Part shown: positions 13,963 through 20,000 of the stretch, one piece after another
Numbering within the stretch: the first letter of the stretch is position 1
Layout of the letters: each line of letters opens with the position of its first letter
IMG/VR virus record: IMGVR_UViG_3300030104_002980
Direction: 5' to 3' (one strand)
Length of the DNA stretch: 20,000 nucleotides
Source of the DNA: an uncultured virus (IMG/VR IMGVR_UViG_3300030104_002980)
Lineage: Duplodnaviria > Heunggongvirae > Uroviricota > Caudoviricetes
Made by a program: the position numbers and the translations under genes
Notes under the pieces: generated by a model
Databases searched by the model: none
What the model saw: only the letters and a program-made list of their open reading frames with translations
Told to the model about the DNA's origin: nothing

Positions 13963-15096
13963 ATGAGTAAATTTAAAAAAACTGCACTTGTTCTCGGTGC
14001 TGGTGGCTTTATTGGAAGTCACATGGTTAAGCGACTTAAATCCGAGGGATACTGGGTGCGTGGAGTTGATTTAAAATATCCTGAATTTTCAGACAGTGAA
14101 GCACATGAATTTATTCAAGGTGATTTACGTGATGTTCATTTTGTAAAACGTGTCCTTGAATTTAAAGGTTATCAAGGTAATTTTTATAATTCAGTTCCTT
14201 ATCAACACATTGAACCATTTGATGAGATATATCAATTTGCTGCTGACATGGGTGGTGCAGGGTTTGTATTCACAGGAGAGAATGATGCAGATATCATGCA
14301 CAACTCAGTATCAATTAATTTAAATGTTTTAGAAGAACAAAGAAAGTTGAATGAAACATTCGATGGTGAAAAGAAAGATTGGACAGAAGCAAATAGATCT
14401 AAGTTACTCTGGAAAACAAAGATATTTTATTCTGGGTCTGCATGTATGTATCCAGAACACAATCAACTAGACCCTAATAACCCAGACTGTCGTGAAGAAT
14501 CCGCTTACCCTGCTAACCCTGATTCCGAATACGGATGGGAAAAACTCTTTTCTGAGAGGTTATATCTCTCTTATAATCGTAATCATGGTATCCCTGTTAG
14601 GATTGCTCGTTACCATAACATCTTCGGGCCAGAAGGAACATGGAAAGGAGGAAGAGAAAAGGCTCCCGCTGCCATCTGCAGAAAGGTTGCCTACGCTACC
14701 AGCGGAGATGAGATTGAAGTATGGGGAGACGGAGAACAAACAAGATCCTTCCTCTACATCGACGAATGTATTGAAGCAACCCGTAGGCTTATGGATTCCG
14801 ATTTTCTAGGGCCTGTAAACATAGGGTCTGAGGAGATGGTTACTATTAATCAATTGGTAGAGACTGCTGCTAAAGTTGCAAATAAAACAATTAAGAAAAA
14901 TCATATTGATGGCCCTCTAGGAGTGCGTGGTCGTAATTCAAACAATGATCTTATTCGTGAGAAACTTGGGTGGGATTATGAGCAAACTTTAGAGGAAGGT
15001 ATCAAGAAAACATATGGTTGGATAAGTTGGCAAATATCTAAAGAACTTTATCAGGAAGCAGATCCAATTTTAAACGAGGCAATGATTGCAGGTTAA
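13963..15096 (+). CDS. NAD-dependent epimerase, GDP-mannose 3,5-epimerase (GME)-like
   Basis: GAGGFIG, FAADMGGAGF, SACMYP (catalytic Cys), YGWEK (YxxxK), REKAPAAICRK (catalytic Lys), WGDGEQTRSF, GVRGRNSNN. Confidence 0.88.
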   Translation: MSKFKKTALVLGAGGFIGSHMVKRLKSEGYWVRGVDLKYPEFSDSEAHEFIQGDLRDVHFVKRVLEFKGYQGNFYNSVPYQHIEPFDEIYQFAADMGGAGFVFTGENDADIMHNSVSINLNVLEEQRKLNETFDGEKKDWTEANRSKLLWKTKIFYSGSACMYPEHNQLDPNNPDCREESAYPANPDSEYGWEKLFSERLYLSYNRNHGIPVRIARYHNIFGPEGTWKGGREKAPAAICRKVAYATSGDEIEVWGDGEQTRSFLYIDECIEATRRLMDSDFLGPVNIGSEEMVTINQLVETAAKVANKTIKKNHIDGPLGVRGRNSNNDLIREKLGWDYEQTLEEGIKKTYGWISWQISKELYQEADPILNEAMIAG

Positions 15097-15098
15097 TT

Positions 15099-15947
15099 AT
15101 GAGAGTTAGTATATTAGGCTCCGGTGGACAGATAGGAGCATATCTTGCAGAATATTTTCGCAAGAAAAATTATGAAGTCTTAGAGTTTGATATTACAAAC
15201 GGTCAACATGAAGATATGACTGTGATTCCTAATCCAGAATTGCATCGTAAAATAATGTTGTCAGATTTTGTTTTCTTTTTAGCATTTGATGTTGGTGGAT
15301 CACATTATCTTAAAAAATATCAACACACATTTCAGTTCATAGATAACAACACTAGACTGATGGCAAATACATTTGGGTTATTACAAAAATATAATAAACC
15401 TTTTGTATTTGCATCATCACAAATGAGTAACATGTCATACTCACCTTATGGTGTGTTAAAAAGAGTTGGCGAACTTTATACCAAGTCTCTTGGTGGATTG
15501 ATTGTCAAATTTTGGAATGTTTATGGCATTGAAAAGGATATGGAAAAGGCACATGTCATCACAGATTTCATTCGTAAAGGATTTGAAACTGGTGTCATAG
15601 ATATGATGACAGATGGAACTGAAGCAAGGGAGTTTCTTTATGCAGAAGACTGTTGCGAAGCGTTGGAAGCTGTCATGGCAAATTATGATAGACTTACTTC
15701 TGACGACGAACTTCATATTACTACTGGTAATTGCACAACTATACTGGAAATTGCACAGAGTATACAAAAATTATTTTCCAAAATTGGAAAAGAAGTTGTG
15801 ATCAGACGATCAGAATCTGTAGATGAAGTGCAGAAAGATGCTCGAAACGTATCAGATCCTTACATACAAAAATTTTGGAAATCTAAAACCTCTGTTAAAG
15901 AGGGTGTTTCAAAAGTCTTTGAGGAGATGAAAAAAAATTATGTCTGA
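15099..15947 (+). CDS. NAD-dependent nucleotide-sugar epimerase/dehydratase/reductase (extended SDR)
   Basis: GSGGQIG Rossmann motif, FASS, YGVLK, NVYG, DGTEAREFLYAED. Confidence 0.85.
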   Translation: MRVSILGSGGQIGAYLAEYFRKKNYEVLEFDITNGQHEDMTVIPNPELHRKIMLSDFVFFLAFDVGGSHYLKKYQHTFQFIDNNTRLMANTFGLLQKYNKPFVFASSQMSNMSYSPYGVLKRVGELYTKSLGGLIVKFWNVYGIEKDMEKAHVITDFIRKGFETGVIDMMTDGTEAREFLYAEDCCEALEAVMANYDRLTSDDELHITTGNCTTILEIAQSIQKLFSKIGKEVVIRRSESVDEVQKDARNVSDPYIQKFWKSKTSVKEGVSKVFEEMKKNYV

Positions 15948-16749
15948 TTTAAAATGGTGGTCTTGGTATATTAAAGAAAAAATTGCTTCTGAAGGAGTTA
16001 TTAATTTTCTTAGTGATACTAGATTTTGTGATTTAGGAACTAATTCTTTATTGTTAATTGATCTGGTAAAGGATGTAAAGAATAAAAGATTTTTAGATCT
16101 TGGTGTTCGTGACGGTGCATCATCTATCGCTTTATCTGTTAATGCTTCTGAAAATAATAATCACGTTTATGGATGCGATTTAAATTTTTCAGGATTATCT
16201 GTGAACGGAGGAGAAAAATTTTTAAATGACGACTATGTTAGATGTCAAGCAGATAGTGTAACATTAGGAAAAAATTGGTGTGTAGATCCTTTTGATATAA
16301 TTTTTGTAGACACGTTACATACAAGAGAGATTGTTCTCGCAGAACTTTATTTTTGGTCAAATCATATTAATGAAAATGGATATTTCATTTTTCATGATTC
16401 TCACTGGGATCATACTACAAAGGGAGATATGATAGCAGGTAAGGAGTATAGAAGAGTGGATGAAGCGATTACTGAATTTTTTAATCTCCCTAAAAATGTT
16501 ATGGAACTAACTGAATATGATGATCATGACATTTTTCTTTCCCATCATCCGGGTGATTATGGAATGACTTTCATAAAAATTAAAAATTTAGATGCAATAA
16601 AGAGATTTAAGGATGGAATTGATTGGGAAGAAGTATTTGTTCTTCGTAACGAATTAAATGATTTACATTTTAACAAGAACAATCCTAAGTTTATAAATTG
16701 GAAACAAGATATTCCTAATATTCAAAATGAATTAATTATTACACCATGA
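15940..16749 (+). CDS. Class I SAM-dependent methyltransferase (Methyltransf_24-like)
   Basis: FLDLGVRDGASS motif I, VYGCD, FDIIFVDTLH, GYFIFHDS. Confidence 0.8.
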   Translation: MSDLKWWSWYIKEKIASEGVINFLSDTRFCDLGTNSLLLIDLVKDVKNKRFLDLGVRDGASSIALSVNASENNNHVYGCDLNFSGLSVNGGEKFLNDDYVRCQADSVTLGKNWCVDPFDIIFVDTLHTREIVLAELYFWSNHINENGYFIFHDSHWDHTTKGDMIAGKEYRRVDEAITEFFNLPKNVMELTEYDDHDIFLSHHPGDYGMTFIKIKNLDAIKRFKDGIDWEEVFVLRNELNDLHFNKNNPKFINWKQDIPNIQNELIITP

Positions 16750-17558
16750 GTTTTTCTGTTTCCCATTGGTCGGGTCGTTTAGGAAATAATATACAGCAAG
16801 TTGCTAATTGTATTATGGCTGCTGAGAAAAATAAAACTGATTTCACTCAGACACTTGATCACGATATAATATCTAAATTTACAGTGAATTTTGGATCTGA
16901 TAATATAAAACAATCAGGTAGATTCTATGCTTGGGAGGCATTAGTTCATTGTGAGCATGGATGTTATGAGGGTGGTAATGAAATCGGTGTTGGTGTCGAG
17001 CATGTATATCGTAATATGCGTCGTGTATGTAAACGTATCGCACCTAATTTAGTCTTACCAAAGAAAGATTCTATTGGTGATGATACAATTGTAATGCATC
17101 TTCGTAGTGGTGATAATTATCATCGTGTCTTTGATCCACCAACAAATTATATTCCAAACCCACTTATCTTTTATCTAAATCTTATTGATTCATTTGAGAA
17201 ATGTATTCTTATTACAGAACCAGATAGAAACAATCCTATAGTTCATGAACTTATGAAGATTGATAAGGTAAAAGTTCAATCTTCTACAGTAGCAGATGAC
17301 TTTGCAACATTGATGAGTGCAAAGAATGTAGCACTGTCTGGTGTGGGAACTTTCGCAATGGCAGCAGCTCTGTGCTCCACTCAAATAAAGAACCTATATA
17401 CAACTGACTTGTTATTGACAGAGCATTTGAATTATAGTATGCTGATGAAAACAGATGTTGAAGTTCATGTGATGGAATTGGATAACTATCTTCCTGTTTT
17501 TCCATGTAGTTGGAAAAATACAGAGGATCAACGTAAATTTATTCTAGATTATCGATGA
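16746..17558 (+). CDS. GT11-like (alpha-1,2-fucosyltransferase-type) glycosyltransferase
   Basis: N-terminal GRLGNNIQQ, HLRSGD (HxRRxD-like), DDFATLMSAKNVALSGVGTF (D...STF-like motif). Confidence 0.7.
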   Translation: MSFSVSHWSGRLGNNIQQVANCIMAAEKNKTDFTQTLDHDIISKFTVNFGSDNIKQSGRFYAWEALVHCEHGCYEGGNEIGVGVEHVYRNMRRVCKRIAPNLVLPKKDSIGDDTIVMHLRSGDNYHRVFDPPTNYIPNPLIFYLNLIDSFEKCILITEPDRNNPIVHELMKIDKVKVQSSTVADDFATLMSAKNVALSGVGTFAMAAALCSTQIKNLYTTDLLLTEHLNYSMLMKTDVEVHVMELDNYLPVFPCSWKNTEDQRKFILDYR

Positions 17559-18547
17559 AGATTTTTGTAACCGGATGTGCCGGATTACTTGGTGCTAATT
17601 ACACTCGCCACTTGATTAAAAATGGACATCATGTGATTGGTATTGATGACCTATCCGGTGGGCATAAAGCGTTTATCACGAAGGGTGAGAACTTTGAATT
17701 TGTTAAATTAAATTTAGAGAGAAGAAAAAAGGTTGAAGCATTGTTTGAGGAACATAAACCTCAAGTATTGCTTCATTTTGCTGCGTATGCTGCTGAAGGA
17801 TTATCACCATTTATTCGTAATTATAATTATCGTAACAATCTTATTTGTTCTGCAAATCTTATCAATCCATGTATTACATATAAAACTAAGATGATATTTA
17901 CATCATCGATGGCAGTATATGGTGCACAGGAACCACCGTTTACAGAGGATAAACAACCACAACCCATAGATCCATACGGTATGGCAAAGTATGCCGTAGA
18001 ATGTGATCTAAAGATGGCAGAGAAGCAGTTTGGATTAAGATATAATATTGTCAGACCACATAATGTTTTAGGAACTTATCAAAATATTTGGGATAGATAT
18101 CGTAATGTAATTGGTATTTTTATTCGCAAGACTCTAAACGGTCAACCCATACTTGTTTATGGTGATGGGGAACAAACCCGTGCGTTTTCTGATATTAAAT
18201 ACTATATGAATCCTTTTGATATATTATTAAAAGAATTTGATGGAGAAACATTTAATATTGGTGCTGATAAATTCTTTACACTCAATCAGGTTGCAAAAAC
18301 AGTTCAGGATATTGGTAAAAAATATGGATATGATGTTCCGATAGAACATGGCCCTCCTAGACATGAAGCAAAACATGCATATTGTAATCATGACAAGGCA
18401 AAAAATTTGCTTAAGTTTAAAGACAATACTAACCTAGAAGAATTAATTGAAAGTATGTTTGTCTGGGCAATGAAACAACCAAATCGTAAAGTAAAAGATA
18501 TGGAATATGAAGTAACGGAGGGGATATATGACTACTGGAAAAATTAA
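17555..18547 (+). CDS. NAD-dependent nucleotide-sugar epimerase/dehydratase
   Basis: GCAGLLG, IDDLSGG, HFAA, FTSSMAVYG, PYGMAK, RPHNVLG, YGDGEQTRAF. Confidence 0.9.
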   Translation: MKIFVTGCAGLLGANYTRHLIKNGHHVIGIDDLSGGHKAFITKGENFEFVKLNLERRKKVEALFEEHKPQVLLHFAAYAAEGLSPFIRNYNYRNNLICSANLINPCITYKTKMIFTSSMAVYGAQEPPFTEDKQPQPIDPYGMAKYAVECDLKMAEKQFGLRYNIVRPHNVLGTYQNIWDRYRNVIGIFIRKTLNGQPILVYGDGEQTRAFSDIKYYMNPFDILLKEFDGETFNIGADKFFTLNQVAKTVQDIGKKYGYDVPIEHGPPRHEAKHAYCNHDKAKNLLKFKDNTNLEELIESMFVWAMKQPNRKVKDMEYEVTEGIYDYWKN

Positions 18548-18548
18548 T

Positions 18549-19301
18549 ATGGAAGAGAATAGAGCACCAAATTATTGGCTTCGATATGATAAAAAAGATC
18601 ATTACAGACTGAGGCATCAGTTTAAAAATTCTGAAAATGTAGAGGCAAACTGGTCACAATCAATGCAAGACATCTTTGTATTGAGTATGTTGGATGGTAA
18701 AAAGAATGGGTATTATGTTGAGATAGGTGCAGATATGCCTAGAATAATAAACAACTCATACTTATTGGAAAAAAATTATGATTGGACTGGAGTTTCATTT
18801 GAATTGGATAGTGAAAAGGTTGAATACTTTAACACTATTAGAAAAAATAAATGTATATGCACTGATGCAACTACATTTGATTACAAAAAACTTTTTGAAG
18901 AAAGAAACTATCCAAAGCAAATTGATTATCTACAATTAGATATTGATCCATCAGAGGCGACACTTGCTGCTCTAGAAAATTTGCCATTAGATGATTATAG
19001 ATTTTCTGTTATCACATATGAAACTGAAGTTTACCGAGCAGGTATAGATGGATATTATGATGAAATATGGCAAAAGAAATCTGGTGCAATTCTAAGTGAT
19101 TATGGATATGAACTTGTTGTTAAAAATGTAGCAAATCAAGGAAATCCGTATGAAGATTGGTGGGTTGATCCAAAAGTCGTAGATCGTGCTATAATAGAGA
19201 AGTTTAAAGACGATAGTGGATTCACTAAAGAATCTATAGAATGTGTTTTAAGTAATACAAATTTCACCGTAATGCCCATGTATACCCTCACTGAAATATA
19301 A
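18549..19301 (+). CDS. FkbM-like SAM-dependent methyltransferase
   Basis: SQSMQD, GYYVEIGA, NNSYLLE..YDWTGVSFE, IDYLQLDID, EDWWV. ATG 18549 follows the upstream stop (track start 18528). Confidence 0.75.
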   Translation: MEENRAPNYWLRYDKKDHYRLRHQFKNSENVEANWSQSMQDIFVLSMLDGKKNGYYVEIGADMPRIINNSYLLEKNYDWTGVSFELDSEKVEYFNTIRKNKCICTDATTFDYKKLFEERNYPKQIDYLQLDIDPSEATLAALENLPLDDYRFSVITYETEVYRAGIDGYYDEIWQKKSGAILSDYGYELVVKNVANQGNPYEDWWVDPKVVDRAIIEKFKDDSGFTKESIECVLSNTNFTVMPMYTLTEI

Positions 19302-20000
19302 TGAAAAGAAAAGTATTTGATTCTATTATTTTCTTCAATGAACTAGAATTGTTAGAGATGCGTCTCAACATTTTAGGTGATGTTGTGGATCATTTTGTCA
19401 TAACTGAATCTCCATTCACTGTGAGTGGAAATGAAAAACCCCTTTACTATGCAGAGAATAAAGATAGGTTTGCTAAGTTCAATGATAAAATTATACATCA
19501 TGTCACAGAAGAGATACCTAACGATTACAATCATCTATTAGAGAAGACTAAGTTTCATTGTGCATATAAAGAGAATGATCCTTATGGCACACCAATGATT
19601 GATCTTCCAGTTAGATATCAAAGAGCATTATTCAATCGTAATAATAGTGCATTTGGTATTGAGAAAGGTAATCCAAAACCAGAAGATATAATCATCACAA
19701 GTGATGCTGATGAGATTCTTGATCCACGAGTTCTAGAAAATTTAGATTGGTTTGATGGTTATAATCATTATGTTGCAACAGGCCCTGCATTTTATTTCAA
19801 ACTTAATTTTAAATATCAAGATGACTGGATGGGGCCAAGAATATGTAGTTGGTTTAAACTAAAAGACACAACAGTAGATCAACTCAGACAAGATCATAAG
19901 AACGCATATCGTATCGAAGATACTGCATGGCACTTTAGTTTCCTTGGTGATGCAGAAAACTTTAAACTTAAGTTGGCATCATATGAACATACAGAAAATA
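19301..20000 (+). CDS. GT17-like (MGAT3 / beta-1,4-GlcNAc transferase family) glycosyltransferase, 3'-truncated
   Basis: Own translation: MKRKVFDSIIFFNELELLEMRLNILGDVVDHFVITESPFTVSGNEKPLYY...DIIITSDADEI...AWHFSFLGDAENFKLKLASYEHTEN, open to the window end. Confidence 0.8.
   Translation, partial: MKRKVFDSIIFFNELELLEMRLNILGDVVDHFVITESPFTVSGNEKPLYYAENKDRFAKFNDKIIHHVTEEIPNDYNHLLEKTKFHCAYKENDPYGTPMIDLPVRYQRALFNRNNSAFGIEKGNPKPEDIIITSDADEILDPRVLENLDWFDGYNHYVATGPAFYFKLNFKYQDDWMGPRICSWFKLKDTTVDQLRQDHKNAYRIEDTAWHFSFLGDAENFKLKLASYEHTEN

Noticed and set aside
13911..13963. wcaG RNA motif upstream of the epimerase
   Set aside because: Only ~50 nt of AT-rich intergenic DNA, occupied by the promoter, with no helix potential
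14492..18617. Nested ORFs in the glycan cluster (14492..14809, 15456..15767, 15613..15801, 17190..17384, 17284..17505, 18429..18617)
   Set aside because: Overlap motif-bearing enzyme genes; no independent evidence
1..20000. CRISPR array or other regularly spaced non-coding repeats
   Set aside because: None seen; intergenic space is minimal apart from the manA RNA

Overview
AT-rich segment of a T4-like marine cyanophage (Kyanoviridae-type myovirus, resembling Prochlorococcus phages such as P-SSM2). All credible genes are on the + strand. In order: (1) two very Lys-rich modular proteins punctuated by hydrophobic-X-Glu linkers, probably head internal polyproteins cut by the prohead protease; (2) a late-promoter-driven Gly/Ala/Thr/Ser-rich virion protein and conserved small ORFs; (3) a replication and nucleotide block of gp61 primase, class Ia nrdA/nrdB and a GIY-YIG (denA/EndoII-like) nuclease; (4) a sigma70 promoter followed by a highly structured ~190-nt manA-type RNA, an intrinsic terminator and a cupin mannose-6-phosphate-isomerase-like gene; (5) a cluster of small ORFs with sigma70-type promoters; (6) the start of a glycan/LPS-type cluster (GDP-mannose 3,5-epimerase-like, two more SDR epimerases, two SAM methyltransferases, GT11-like and GT17-like glycosyltransferases). 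The most notable observations are a mutually exclusive terminator/antiterminator pairing linking the manA RNA core to its terminator (a candidate phage riboswitch expression platform), the cassette-like polyproteins, and the phage-encoded L-sugar glycosylation pathway. All family calls come from motif recognition, not database searches.
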